A stretch of DNA of 64,000 nucleotides from Vicugna vicugna (Eukaryota), in NCBI GenBank assembly GCA_013265495.1, contig MU058718.1, positions 3,424,081 to 3,488,080 of the forward strand, read 5' to 3'. Numbering within the stretch: position 1 is the first letter of the stretch; the number at the start of each line of letters is the position of its first letter. Both the position numbers and the translations under genes were made by a program. Positions 13,973-28,354 of this stretch are shown piece by piece. The notes below the pieces were generated by a model that was not told the origin of the DNA, searched no databases, and saw only the letters and a program-made list of their open reading frames with translations.

Positions 13973-14530
13973 TGTATTAGTCAGTTTTGCTGCAGTAAGA
14001 AAAAACCATCCAAGTCTCAGCAGCTTATAAAACAAAGGTTTATTTCTTGCTCTTATTATATCATAAGAAGCAGTCTGAATTCCATTCTACATGTCTTTTT
14101 TCTGAGGCCTAGAGCCACTGTGTGGAATGCCAGCCACTGGCATGCTGACCTGGCTCATACCAGCCCAAAGCTCAAAAGAGTTGATGGTATACATCTTTTC
14201 CCAACTCTGTTCAGTAGTGCCATGTTGGTGGCCTAAAATCAACTGCGTATTTACACCATGGAAATTGCCAAACACTACAAATCAAAATTTGTTTGTTTGT
14301 TGTTTTTGTTTCTTGAGAATCAGTTTATCAATACATCCCTGGATTTGTGTGACAAAAGGAGAGAACAAAAGAGCTGGCAGAAAATCTCAGTGACTCTTTA
14401 GGCTAAAGCAAATCACATGGCCAAGTAGGACAATGGGGCAGAGACACATGCTCTATCTACAGGAGGAGCTCCAAGTCCTGGGCAAAGATGGGGAGGGAAC
14501 AAACAGTTGTGAATACAACAGCATACCCCA
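13973..14530 (-). mobile_element. MaLR LTR (MLT1-family) interrupted by a DNA transposon
   Basis: tgtattagtcagttttgctgcagtaagaaaaaacc..aaggtttatttcttgctc; resumes with ggctaaagcaaatcacatggccaag. Confidence 0.65.
14144..14341. mobile_element. MER63-like non-autonomous hAT DNA transposon
   Basis: catcttttcccaactctgttcagt...gtatttacaccatggaaattgccaaacactacaaatca matches the recalled MER63 core. Confidence 0.7.
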
Positions 14531-14781
14531 CTGTCTGGATAATTATAATTGACCAAACCCCAAACTGGGACATGTGGTTTGACAATAGGGTTTTAATGAT
14601 TTATGTATATCTATGTATCTTACTGTATAAACAATACTACTTATTAAATGCTTACAATATGCCAGGCATTGTATAGAAGAACTTTATATACATAATGTCA
14701 TATAATCCTCACCAGAGTTCATTGATGCAGATACTGTTATTATCCTCATGCTGAAGTTGAGGAAACTAAAGCCTAGAAAAT

Positions 14782-15176
14782 TGTATTATAAATGGGGGTT
14801 CCCTGGACACAGATTCAGAGAGTTGCGTAGGGATGGTTAGTTGCTCAGTGGTCTCAGTAGACCCACGTACAAGGAAGTGAGACGGCCAGGACTGAGCAGA
14901 GGGAGGTGGTGACCTGAACGGGCTTTAGCCAATCCTGCAGGGAGTTCCAGAGCTGGGATGGCCCTTCAGGATTTTTCTCAACTCAAGGCAAAGGGCTTCT
15001 AGCCAGTCCCTAGCCATGGAATACCCCTGGAAGGGGGCATAGCCTTGAGCAATTCAGTTTCCTATGGCCAAGAGCAATTCCTGGTGTAATCTATCAACAG
15101 TGACTATACCCAGCTGCAATAAGGATGCATCAGCCATGAAAGGGAATGTGGGCAGAGCACCACAGTATGCACTGTG
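14782..15176 (-). mobile_element. Old MaLR-type LTR inserted in the MIR
   Basis: Begins tgtatta..gggttccc; contains ctgcagggagttccagagctgggatggccc; ends near gggcagagcaccacagtat. Confidence 0.55.
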
Positions 15177-16057
15177 ATGAGGTAGCATCCATGGTCACAC
15201 AGCTAATAAAAGGCTAGGAGTTAAACCCAAGTCCATCTGCAAAGGAGGCAAGAATATACAATGGAGAAAGGACAGTCTCTTCAATAAGTGATGCTGGGAA
15301 AACTAGACAGCTACATGTAAAAAAATGAAATTACAACAACATACAAAAATAAACTCAAAATGGATTAAAGACCTAAATGTAAGACCTGAAGCCATAAAAC
15401 TCCTGGAGGAAAACAAAGACAGGAAACTCTTTGACATAAATTGTAGCAATATTTTTTGGATGTGTCTCCTAAGGTAAAGGAAATAAAAGTGAAAATAAAC
15501 AAATGGGACCTAATTAAACTTAAAAGCTTTTACACAGCAAAGGAAGCCATCAACAAAATGAAAAGATAACCTACTGAATGGGAGAAAATATTTTCAAATG
15601 ATATGGCTGACAAGGGGTTAATATCAAAAATACGTAAACAGTTCATAGAGTCCAACATCAAAAAACAAACAACCCAATTAAAAAATGGGCTGAAGACCTG
15701 AATAGACAATTTTCCAAAGAGGAAGTCCAGATGGCCAACAGGCACATGAAAAGATACTCAATGTAGCTAATTATCAGGAAAATTCAAATCAAAACCACAG
15801 TGAGATATCACCTTGCACTTGTCAGAATGACTATCATCAAAGAGAACACAAATAACAAATGTTGGCAAGTATGTGGAGAAAAGGGAACCCTTGTACATTG
15901 CTGGAGGGAATGTAAATTGGTGCAACCACTGTGGAAAACAGTATGGAAGTTTCTCCAGAAACTGAAAATAGAACTACCATATGATCCAGAAATTTCACTC
16001 TTGGGTATATATCCAAACAAAAACAAAAACATTAATTCAAAAAGATATATGCACCCC

Positions 16058-16744
16058 GAGATTCCTCAAAAGACTAGGAATAGACTTACCATATGACCCA
16101 GGAATCCTGCTCCTGGGCATATATCCAGAAGGAACCCTACTTTAAAATGACACCTGCACCCCAATGTTCATAGCAACACTATTTACAATAGCCAAGACAT
16201 GGAAGCAGCCTAGATGTCCATCAACAGATGACTGAATAAAGAAGATGTGGTATATTTATACGATGGAATACCGTTCAGCCACAAAAACTGACAATATAAC
16301 GCCATTTGCAGCAACATGGATGCTCCTGGAGAATGTCATTCTAAGTGAAGTAAGCCAGAAAGAGAAAGAAAAATACCATATGAGAACGCTTATATGAGGA
16401 ATCTAAAAACAAAACAAAACATAAATACAAAACAGAAACAGACTCATAGACATAGAATACAAACTTGTGGTTGCCAAGGGGGCAGGGGGTGGGAAGGGAC
16501 AGACTGGGATTTTAAAATGCAGAATAGATAAACAAGATTATACTGTATAGCACAGNNNNNNNNNNNNNNNNNNNNNNNNNNNNNNNNNNNNNNNNNNNNN
16601 NNNATCTTGTGGTATAGCGAAAAAAAATGTGACAATGAATATATGTATGTTCATGAATGACTGAAAAATGGTGCTCTACACTAGAATTTGACACAACATT
16701 GTAAAATAACTATTACTCAATAAAAAAATGGGAAAAAAAGGAAA
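16058..16744 (+). mobile_element. Younger L1 3' end nested in the older L1
   Basis: TSD aaaaagataYatgcacccc at 16039-57 and 16745-63 (1 mismatch); has its own AATAAA and A tail. Confidence 0.92.
16556..16603. other. Assembly gap (48 N)
   Basis: Run of n. Confidence 1.
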
Positions 16745-17784
16745 AAAAAGATACATGCACCCCAATGTTCACATCAGCATTATTTACAATTGCCAAAATA
16801 TGGAAGCAACCTAAGTGTCCATCAACAGATGAATGGATAAAGAAGATGTGGTATATATAAGCAATCTATATATTCAGCCATAAAAAAGAAAGAAATTTTG
16901 CCATTTACAACAACATGGATGGACTTGGAAGGTGTTATGCTAAGTGAAATAAGTCAGACAGAGAAAGACAAATACTGTATGATGTCACTTAGATGTGGAT
17001 TCCAAAAAAGACAACAAACTAGTGAATGTTTAAAAAAAAAAAAAAAGAAAGATCCACAGATATAGAGAACAAACTAGTGGTTACCAGTGTGGAGAGGGAA
17101 GGAGGGCAAGGCAATCTAGGGGTGGGGGATTAGTAGATACAAACTACTATGTATAAAATAAGCTACAATGACACATTGTACAACACAGGGAACATAGCCA
17201 GTATTTTATAACAACTATAAATTAAGTATAACCTTTAAAAATTGTGAATCATTATATTGTACATCTGTAACTTACACAGTGTTGTACATTTATATGTCAA
17301 AAAAAAAAAAAAAACAACCCAAGTCCATCTGACTTTAAAGTCCATCCTCTTAACCCAAATGCCATATCGGTCCCCATTGCCCTGTCTCTTTTAATTGCTA
17401 CTATCTGATGAAATAATGGCATTTCTGGTACATGTTTATGGCTTAAAGAGTGGCTGAACAGAATATTTGGATTTGAATCATTATAAAAAAGAGAGTAAAT
17501 GGCGCTAGCTTTTGGCGTGAACGTCTGTGTGCTTGTGTATGGAGGTAGCACTGGGAAATGGAAAAGGGGCTTATATGTAACTGTGTATTAGATTAAAAGT
17601 GCGTGAAGTCTTCCTTCTTTCTGTCCTCCACATAGCTTTTGGGTCAGGCTCACAATTGAAATGGTGAGACTGTGAGAGACGTGCCCGCTCAGGCTGGGGG
17701 CTCTGGGTCTGCTGCTGATGTGCTTCCTTACTCATCCTTAAAGCTAACCTGGCCTGCTGAAGGGTCAGAGCCAGGGCCAGCTGC

Positions 17785-18350
17785 TGTCAAAGCAAAACAA
17801 AGCCGGACACTAGTTAAAGGGGTGAGGACAGGTTTTAATCTTTAATATACTATTGCAGTAGGGGAAAGAGTCCAAGGTGAACTAAACTCAACTTTGAATT
17901 GCACAGAGGTGATTGGACATTTTAAAGAGAGAATGAAGGAGTAGGGAAGGGGTGAGCAGGGGCTCAGTAGAGTCAAGAATGTGAAAAGTTGTAAAGTGGG
18001 AAGGGGGTTGGTGTGTGAAACACATCTGAGTTTATTAACTGGTGCTTACCGAGGATAGGCTCCCACCTTCCCACAGAGACTGGGAAGGGTAGGGGTGGGG
18101 GTTCCTGTCTTCACATGTTGGCTAGAACAACAGTAAACTTTTTAGGCAGCCTTGAGTTTTCTCAGACAGACACTTTAAGGGGGACTAGGGTCACGCAAGA
18201 GGGATGCAGTCTTGAGCTGTTAAGACTTGAGCTGTTAAGATTATGTTAGTGTTTATTCAAGTCTTATAGGCCACAGTTGAGGCCTATAAAATCAAGAAGA
18301 GGGCTCAGAGGAGCCTGGCTAGAGTTTGGTCAAGGAGAGAATCTTTGTCA
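17785..18350 (-). mobile_element. ERV1 solo LTR (MER31/MER67-like)
   Basis: TG..CA ends; reverse complement starts tgacaaagattctctccttgaccaaactctagccaggctcc; internal 15-bp tandem duplication cttgagctgttaaga at 18211-18240. Confidence 0.8.
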
Positions 18351-18985
18351 CAACCAATTAGCAATAAGCAGCACTTTAGCGAACCAAGGCCCTACCTGTA
18401 AGACTCCATGGATACAAGCCTCCTCCAAAGCCAAGAGCCTCCCCATACTCCACTGATGAGCTATCTCATACACACACATTCACATGCTCTCACACTCACA
18501 TGCATACTCTTGTCCCTAGATTGTGTGTTTCAGTTCCCAGCCCAGCTACTCAGTTTGCAAACTGCAGCATGTTCACTGCCCCAGCCCTGCTGTTAGGCTG
18601 AGGGACAGGGTGGCATCTTCAGGCAGCCCAGCCTCTCACCCAGCTACCTACAGTGAGCTGAGGCTACAATAGATCCAGGATCTTCCACCAACAGAGAAAC
18701 CAGAGGAAAGAGCCCCTCATGGGGGCAGGGAAGGTACAGACAGGAAAAATAGAAGTTTTAGCTAGAAGGAGAATCAGGCCCCTTGGGCATCTCAGCTTGA
18801 AGGTTCCCCAGGTACTGGTCACTCTGTGAATTCTCATTCCTTGATCTCATTCCACACTCAGCCCAGTCCCTGCCCAAAATCTCACATCAGTAGGTGATAA
18901 AGCCAGCATTGGACCCCAACCCAAAGCCTCTGGCCCTCTCCTATGAGACGCCTCTCTGACGGGGATCCTTTTAAAATTCAGTGAA

Positions 18986-19157
18986 GGAGGTAGTGTATAG
19001 CTCAGTGGTAGAGCGTGTGCCTAGCATGAATGAGGTCCTGGGTTCAATCCCTAGTACCTCCATTAAAAAATAAATACGTAAACCTAATTACCTCCCACCA
19101 CCACCAAAAAAATTTTTTAATAAAATAAAAATAAATAAACTGATATAAAAAATAAAA
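18986..19157 (+). mobile_element. tRNA(Ala)-derived SINE (camelid-type) with A-rich tail
   Basis: A box tagctcagtgg, B box ggttcaatcc, tail motif aaacctaattacctccc, TSD taaaattca at 18972-80 and 19158-66. Confidence 0.9.
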
Positions 19158-22100
19158 TAAAATTCACTAGAAAACTTTATGCAGGAAGAAAGTTGACTGA
19201 CCCATAGGGTGACTAGCCATACTAAGGATTATATATTATCTGACTGTTAAGCATAATCACATTCCCCCATAATCCTAATCCCCTCATTAACTCACCTTCT
19301 TGGGTGTTAACATGCTCTCGTCATGGGTTGTTTCTGTTTCCTCCTGTGTGGGCAAGGAAGGAATTCTCTTCTCGGGAGGCCGAAGCAAGAGCACAACTTT
19401 GGAATCAGACGAGGGTTTGTTTTCTGGCTGTTGTGTATGTGAGTGGTAAAACCTGAACTCAGGAGTATCCATACCTCTGAGCCTCTGCAAAATGGCAGGC
19501 TAGAGATTGGGATTAAAAGCACACATCAGAATTCCTGGCTCATAAGAAATGACCAATATGTTGTAATTATTTCTTGCTTTTAGTTTTTAATTGTATAATG
19601 TCAATAATGTAGTGAGACTCAAAAATCAGCATTTCTTTGAGGAAGAGTGTTATTCTCCTGGGGGACCGGAGGGGCTTTCTTCAGAATCACATTGCATCAA
19701 TTGTCACTTTTCTCCTGTGTTTCGTGCTGCCCTTGGTACCTGGGAAGGGGGAGGCATGGGCCACAGTCCTGAGTGGCGAGCACTTGTCGGAGCTGCCCAG
19801 GGAGGCAGCAAGGTCATTTTCGGGGCCATCAAGCTGCTGTTGCATATTTGCTGCCTCATCTATTTTGTACCGATTCTTTGGCTGATCCTTTTTGACCCAT
19901 CTGGCGCCTGTAACTTCAAATCTCAGACAGCCAGGAAGCTTCCTTTCATTTGTCCCAATTTGTCTCCATCCAATATTCATAGTAAATTGAGGGGGAAATG
20001 ACAGATGAGTAATGTTCACAGCAGGGAAAGGAAAGGAGACCTGGCCTTCTGTCTGGGAAGGTGCAGCAGCTAGGGGGATGCAGAGGCAGAGAGGGGGTTG
20101 GTCAGGATGGACTGAATTCGTTACCGTTTGCTGAGCCTAAATAATAGTGGTTCTGAAACACCCTCCACAGGGGACCGATCTCTTATCATATGCATTCCTT
20201 TGGGAGGCTAGGGGAGCCAGAAAGGGTGGAAATTGGAGGGGAAAAACAGTTGGAGGGAGAAAAAGTAGGCAGGAGGCGGAGTTCTTTGTTTTTCTTCTTC
20301 AAGCTCCAAACAACTTGTCATCTTTCCAGGCAATTTCGGTTATTTTGAGCATGCTCTGAGCTCTGGACTGGAAATCTGTCAGCACTGCTTTGGCTACATC
20401 ATTTTCCCACTCCTGTTCACTTTCGGATCATGACACCTTTTCAGTAAATTGGAAAACAAACATCCAAGAAATCAGAATGTCATTACTTAGGCATTATAAA
20501 CATCTTCTAATGGCTACACGTACCGCCAAGGATGCTGTAACGAAAACACACACTAAATATTTGTATCTTCGGTGTTCTCGTATAAATTCATAGGGCTGGT
20601 CTGTGGTGCTGAATACAGAACATTTCTGCTAACATATAGCAGGAATTTAAATGCTTCTGGGAAACAAAATCAATCAATAATAATGTTCTCCTATATCAGA
20701 TGTAGCTTATAAATACGATCAAAAGACTGTCCAATAAAAACAATGCTCATATAAATCCTCAGAAGAAGGGCATTTTCTAGTGATAAACAGTTTCCAAGAC
20801 TGTCTCCTGCTCAGTTTCTACAAGGTGACAAAACTTAAGAGAAAGGTTTCTAGATCTTTATCTTATAGTGCAGTTGTTTATCAAATACCAGCACAATTAT
20901 TAGCCAGGTAGAAGGCTGAACATAGACACAAAGGGAGGAAATCTGCAAATAAATTGAGTTTTGCAGTTTACTTACTGCTTTGCTATATAAAATCTAGGGA
21001 GTGGATGAGGCCAGCGCTCTTTATCTACTATAGTATAATTTTTTTCTAAGTATATAGCAGCACCTGGTCAATAATCCTTATTGGGTGTCAGGTATGACTT
21101 GCATTATACAGACACAGATAATTGCAAGACTGAAATACAAGAAATCAGGTAACTCCGGTTCTGTGTAGCTGAATGAATTTGGTTTCTCTACGTAAACCTC
21201 CAAATGTGGTTACTAAGGTGTAGGTTACAATCAAATGGGGAAGAAAACTCGTAGCCCAGCGAACTCTGACTCATTCAGGAAAAGAGGGAGTATGTGTTCT
21301 AAAGCCACAGGAACAAAATTTGTCTTTAGGATATGTCTTCATTCTACTGCCCACTCTTCCAAATGAGACCCTCTTTCCCTCCTCCATCCCCTGGGCTCCT
21401 GTGAAAGGTCTTGAGGAGAAAACTTTTACCCCAAATTGTAGTGCACCTGGGACCTAGTAATAAATAACTGAGTAGCCCTTTAAGCAACTGTGGGCTGATT
21501 GTGCTTTCCCTTCCTTGGCTGCATTGGTCTAGCCTCCCAGAGTACATCCATCAAAGCACAAGTGATGAAGGGTATTTTCCAACAGATCTTGTACCAGCAA
21601 TCTGCCCTGCAGACCCCACCCCCCACATCAGTCTGCAGGTGTGTGAGCAGGAAGGGAGAAGGCGGAAAAGAGTCAACAACAGCAGATGTGTGTTAAGCCT
21701 GCACCATGTGCCAGCAGGGTTCTGGGCTTTAGATACAGTGTCTCATGAGATGCCCACAGCACCCAAGAGGAGTAGTATTCCTCTCATTTATGGAGACATA
21801 AAACTATGTGTGAGGTATGAACAGCCAGTAACTGGCAGCGTTTAGGAATTTGGAATACTTCCCTTAACCACTGTACGTTACTAGCAGGAGCTTTCACACT
21901 GATGAATGCATTAAACCCTCACAGTGATGCAACTAACAAGGTATTATTATTCCTGCTTTTTTCACTGGGTCCACTGGGACTTTCTCAAGGTCATGCTTAG
22001 GAAGGGGCCAGAATTTGAACCTTTCCAAAGCCTATGCTTTCTCTGCCATCCCACAGTGCTTCCACCAAGCACATGGTACGCACATTTTTAAAGTGATTCA

Positions 22101-23323
22101 GTGCCCGATTTCGTATTTAATGATGTAAAAATAAGTGAAAAACATCCACAGGACCAAGACATATAATTGTAAGATTCTATTCTTTTACTGAAAGGAAGGA
22201 GTGCATGAGGCATTGTGTTGGCAAGGAGGAGAATGGGCTTTAGTTTTCAAAGAAGGTGTTGTGGGAAAGGGAGTTTGTCCTGTAATTTGCAGGAAGGATG
22301 GAAGGACTTGCCCAGGCTGTCAGGAGAAGGAATTTTGTATGAAGTACAATGTTAACGGCAGCAAGTAATAGAAAACTCCAGTACGGGGATGTAACTGGGA
22401 GGCCATTTTCTCCACATGACAAGAAGTTTGGTGGTAGGAGACTTCAGAGATGCCATTGTAACCCAGGCACTTTCTCCTTTCATCCCTCCTCCTGTACTGT
22501 GTTGGCCTTTTCCTCATGAGGGTCACAAGACCTCTGCCATCAAGTCAGGAACAAAAGGGAAGAGGCTGCACCAGCCACACTGGAACCACGTTAGCAGAAA
22601 AAGCAGAAGCTTTCTCAGACCTTCCAGTCCCAACCAGTTTCCACTTTGGTCTCATCAATTAGCAGCGTGTCCCATGCGCCAGGCAAGGAGGCTGGGAAAG
22701 CCAGTGCTTACCTGGACACGTGTCCCCTGCCCCACCCTCCCAGCAGGACTGCTTCCCCACATGGATGGGGCGGTTTGGGAAACCAGAAAGAGAGAACATG
22801 TTGCTTTGGGAGGCTGGTGTGGAGAGGAGCTAGCACGACAGGGCTGCACTCGAGAGAAGGAAGACATTGATGGGGAGGAACGTCATCCTGCCCTTTGTGT
22901 CTGTCATGACATTAAAGTGGTCCTAGAGCATCATACGTTCTTGCCCCTTCCCTTTCCTCATCCTGTTCTTGACTCTCGTCATTCTTTCTGCCCCAATCCC
23001 AGATCAGTAGCTCTTTCGGCTAAATAATGTTGTTAATTATCAGATCGTCTGACTCACAGATTTTTAAATTTAAAATTAAATAAATTATTGCTGAATTAAT
23101 TAAGTAATGAGATGAGGAAATTCCAGGCAGAGATCAGCTGGTAAGGGTCTTTGAGTGGAATGGCCACAAGTTTTCGCTGCGTCAGAGGGGACACTCTGCA
23201 GGAGGCAATGGAAGGAGCCTGGACGCCATTATTACCAGACTCCTCAAGTACAGATGTTGGCCAAGTGGCCCAGCTCAGACAAGAGGAATCTGAGGAGAGT
23301 GAGGACTCTTGGGTCTTGGATGA

Positions 23324-23650
<327 letters not shown>

Positions 23651-25740
23651 TAGAGAGCAGCTTCAGATATATCCCTTTTCAAGAGGGTTATATTTTCCCA
23701 ACAAGCCACACCACCCTACCTTCCGAATACTCCCTATCTTCCACACTGAGCTATTAATTCTCTACTGCTGTGCATAGAAAGACACCCATTTCTTTGTGAA
23801 TTCAGAGTCATGACTGTTGAGTTTTTTAAACTCTATAGGTTCCCAAAGCACTATGCAATAAGTATATCTCATCTAATGGTAACAAAAAATCACATTTTCT
23901 CTTTTTTTCTTCCTTTTTTTCCCTCCTTCCTATCCCATAATAATGCTTCTCCTCTACTTAGGTACTTAAATATTTTTCAGCCGTAATCTCCTGGCGACTA
24001 TTATTTCAGATTGCTTTATCTGGACATGATGATCAGCAGATCAGCCAGCATTTGAGGGCTTGTGAATTCTCTGCTGCAGCTGAAGGGGAGAAGCCATAAA
24101 TTGCATGGGATGCTAAAATGGTGACCTTCCACGCTGTTTATTGTTCTTATATTTTGAGGTTCACTTCACAGAAATAACCTTAGCTCTGGCCTCCAGTAAA
24201 TTGGCTTTCTGAGTTAGTATGTAACCCATGTCAAGGCAGAAATGGCTTTTTAAATGGAAGCCAGCCCTTCCGAAGCATCTCACGCTGATTTCTTTGCCCT
24301 TTTTTGGCATGCTGGCCCATGTTAAAACTTTTGATTCCCTAATAAGCCTACAGTTGTACACTTCCTTCTCTTTCCCAAAGCAATAGAGTTTATCAATTGG
24401 TCCCTTCTTTGCTTTTGCTGGCATAAAATCTGCAGCCCCGGGCCTGCCTCTGCACATCGTCTCTTCATCAGAGCAAAGCTGTCTTTCTACTCTGAATCAG
24501 AGCCTCCATGGAGAAACTGCCCCCTCCCTCCCGACATTACCCTGCTCGAGACATAGAGAGCTCTTAAATGATGTTTTCCAGGGAACTGTGAGCTCAAAAG
24601 CAATTGCCGTGAAAGCCAAAACTGAACATTTAGAAGTCACTGTTCAAGTGATTACAAATACACTCCTTATGTGAGGAAGACCTTGCGCTTGAAAACAGTG
24701 ACCTAACACCTATCCATAGATCCTTGTATTAAGAGACACAATTCTTTGTGACTTTGGGAGCAAATTAAAATTTGATAGACAAAGCTCTTCCTTCCTTTCC
24801 AGCCCCCAAAAGTTCACAGTTTACTCAGATGAGTGCTGTTTGTTCCCTGCCATTAGTGTCTCTGTGAGGAGTATTCAGCTTTCATTTGCTGTAAGTTACA
24901 ATTGTTTTTCAGATTATAGTTTGAGAATCAAAATTACAGATGTAACTCAGCAAAAATATTATCTTTAACAAATACTTATCATTTAGTGAGAGAATTGCTT
25001 AAAGGAAATATCTACAGCACGTATAGATTTAAATCAAGTAAAAAAATTAGACCCGGCTTTCAGTGTAAACATCATGGGAAAGCTATAATCCATTTAGAAC
25101 ATAGTTACTGGCCCCCAACAAGCTCTTAGTTCAGGTCTGACTTTCACAGCCGAGAGACGCCTGTTACATATACCGACTGTTCTCCACTGCCTCCCTGCAC
25201 TTATTATTTGCTTCTTGAATGAATGGAGCAAGTGCTTTTGCCCGTGATTATTCTTACAAATTTCTGCTGCCATTGGATTATTGTTTAATATCGAAGGCCA
25301 TTGCCATCCACCTTCCTCTTTCTTCCCCTGAATTCAGTGATTCTGTGTCTCTCGTGCCTCAGCCATACCCAGCTCCCTCAGACGCCCAGCCTTTCTGCAC
25401 GCCGCCTCCCACCAGGCACAGCTGGGCATAGGCCAGCCCTCAAAAGTGTTCCTGCTCAGCCCCACAAACTAAAACTTGATTTTACCTGTTATAATTCAAA
25501 CGGAGGAGATGATTTCCTTTTGATAAAAAATAAATGTATTAAAGAATATTGATCCCTTTGAATCTAAATTTAAAGTGGAACACTACCACTGTGGAGTGAA
25601 ACTCATTCCATTGTTCACAAGAAGCAGCTGTGCCTTGTGGACAGGGCTCCTCCCTCCCTGCGGCAGGACCGCGGCCCTGCAGATGCCCAGGAGCCCTGCT
25701 GTCTCCAGCAGCCCCGGGCGCCCAGGCACCTCGCAGCTGA

Positions 25741-26079
<339 letters not shown>

Positions 26080-28153
26080 TGAGAGACTTCCCTACGCCAG
26101 CAAGTGCTCTGGGTACAGACGTAATAAATCAAAATCAAAATCAAAAAATGTCCTCCTCGGGCTTGTACTCCATCAGAAGGGATAAACAGTAAGTAAAATT
26201 TGCAGTATATTAGTAAAAAGTGCTAAGGAAAAAAATAAGGAAAAGCAGATGGGGGATACTAGGGATGGGGGTTGAAGTTTTAGACAGACTGGCCAGGACG
26301 ACCATGCAGAGGCGAATATATTTTTGAATTGGGAAATGGAATCTGTACCTTCCAGAAAACAAACAAGATTTGTCTTAACTTCTAAAGCAAACTGTGCGAT
26401 TGAACAGCTGTACAGACTTTGCTCATCACACAGTAGAATCAATTGATTACGAGTTTGGAGACCTATTGGCAGAAGGACTGGTCCTCCTGGAGACACTGGA
26501 GACATCTGACACCCCATTTATTGCCCCCTTGGGGGGCAGCTACCCATGAGAGCAGGCTGGATAGACGGGCAGCACCCAGCAGAAGGAAGCAAGAAGCAGG
26601 CCATGGGGAGACGGCCACCTACAGGGCCAGCAAGCCTCAGGGTGGCCACCAGTGGGTGGTGGGTGGAGGGAGGAGCGAGGTCTGACGGTAGGCTCTCCAG
26701 TGAGGTCAGGCAGTCGGCATCAGGGAGCTTCAAGAGTGGGCAACAGTGATCCGACACAGCCTCAGGGGAGCTGGTGTCTGGAGAACAGCCCAGGAAGTGG
26801 CAGATTTCCCCAGCAGGTGTAGAACAGGCTTTAGTCCCTGAAGAGCAAGAGAAGGTCCCATTTCTAAAAGAATGGGATTCCAGTGAGAGAGTCAAGGAAA
26901 AATTTCATAATGAAGAACTGAGAGAACACAGCTTACAAAATTTGGGGTTAAAGCTTTGTGGCAGGGATGCTTTGAGCAGGACTGGTACCCAGTTCATGGT
27001 TACTAGGAACAAGGCAAGAAGCCAGTTGCTAACTGGGGCATGAGACCTGGGCAAGATCTGCAGCAGGACTCCCAGTGCTGAGCCCTGAGCAGCAGAGTTA
27101 CCAGTCCTTAACCTGTGCTCACCACACACCAGGACCCAGGGCCCAGGGAACTGTGCCAGGAAGATGGGGACCAGGCAGTGTGAAAGAGAAACCTTTCCCA
27201 GGGATGCTTAACAGGTCTCTCCAAAGGCAAAGAAAATCCTGACCCCAGCTTCCTCGTTGAGGTTCCCTTGTCTGCTTCCCACCTACAGCTCCAAAGAACA
27301 CATTTAGATCCACACACCTGCTTCTTTCTTCCCCAAAGCCAGGGCAATAATGCGGCTGAAATATAAATCTTTCTCCCCCGCCTCTATGACTTACCCACCT
27401 GTCACTGTGAGGGGGCCAGTGGGATGGAGGCAGGCTGGAGGCTGAGTTATGACAACAGGGTCCAAGTGAGAGGGCTTGCAAGGATTGTGCCCTCCAATGA
27501 AGTTGGCTGGCCTGACCTCGCTGGTGCTGTATCAGGGTCACGTCTCTTCGAGTGCTCCCGATGCAATAGCAACAGCACAGTTGCATCAAAAAGTGACACA
27601 GCCGATTCCTTGGTAAAAACATTGCACGTCTTAAAGTTGGAACCTGAACCAGGAGTTAGGAGAGAAAAGTATCCAAGGCTCCAATGTTCAGAGAGCCTCA
27701 GCCTGTTGGCTTGGTTGGCGAACCAAGGCTGGGGATCTTACCGCTCCTTCCAGAGAGACCATGACTGTTTCCTGGGAGCGAGTCTAACTGGAAGACCCTC
27801 TCAGGTTCATCTTAGAATGAACACAAGCCCCTGAGGGGCACCCCACCAACCCCAGCCTCGTGGAGCCTTCACCCTGAGCTGCAGGTATCTGGAAAGCACT
27901 GGGTTTCCTAGGGAGGCACCCCCACTGCCCTGTGTCTTGCATGATTCACAAAGTGCTGAAAGATGGCAGGTTTTACTTAGATGACTTCCTCTAGCTCATC
28001 AGTTTCCAGGCTCCAGTCCTTTAATGTCTGTGATCAAGTTATTTGCTTTTGAATTCCATAAAGGACCACTGGACTGTGTTTCATGGTAACGTATGTGGTA
28101 ATTCCTAAAATGTAAGGGAGAGAAGTGGGGGCAGTATTAAAGATACTATTTTT

Positions 28154-28354
28154 TTTAACTTTTTTTATTGAGTTATAGTCAGTTTACAATGTTGTGTTAA
28201 TTTCCAGTGTAGAGCACAATTTTTCAGTTATACATGAACATACATATATTCATTGTTGCATTCTTTTTCGCCGTGAGCTACCACAAGATCTTGTATTTAT
28301 TTCCCTGTGCTATAGAGTATAATCTTGTTTATCTAGTCTACTTATGCCTATCAG
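28154..28354 (-). mobile_element. Young L1 extreme 3' end (~200 bp), antisense
   Basis: TSD ttaaagatactattttt at 28137-53 and 28355-71; reverse complement aligns with 9672-9857 and 16525-16740. Confidence 0.9.

Larger units (their letters stand above)
15240..17315 (+). mobile_element. 5'-truncated LINE-1 (ORF2 C-terminus, 3' UTR, poly(A)), sense to TRIM9
   Basis: ORF2-like peptide [53 protein letters not shown] (ORF 15800..16096); perfect 16-bp TSD aacccaagtccatctg at 15224-39 and 17316-31. Confidence 0.95.
14635..17355 (-). mobile_element. MIR split into three pieces (~14635-14781, ~15177-15239, ~17332-17355) by later insertions
   Basis: Pieces join into one MIR: aatgcttacaatatgccaggc...tgaggaaactaaagcctaga | ggtcacacagcta...aaacccaagtccatctg | actttaaagtccatcctcttaacc. 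Confidence 0.75.

Noticed and set aside
15800..16096. 98-aa ORF with real protein similarity
   Set aside because: Fragment of L1 ORF2 in a truncated, interrupted element, not a host gene
18986..19062. tRNA-Ala-like sequence
   Set aside because: Acceptor stem is imperfect, it is followed by a SINE tail and TSD, and a second copy is in the window; SINE rather than tRNA gene
22416..23027. Longest ORF in the track (203 aa)
   Set aside because: No recognisable domain, no supported splice or promoter context; consistent with a chance ORF in GC-richer intron
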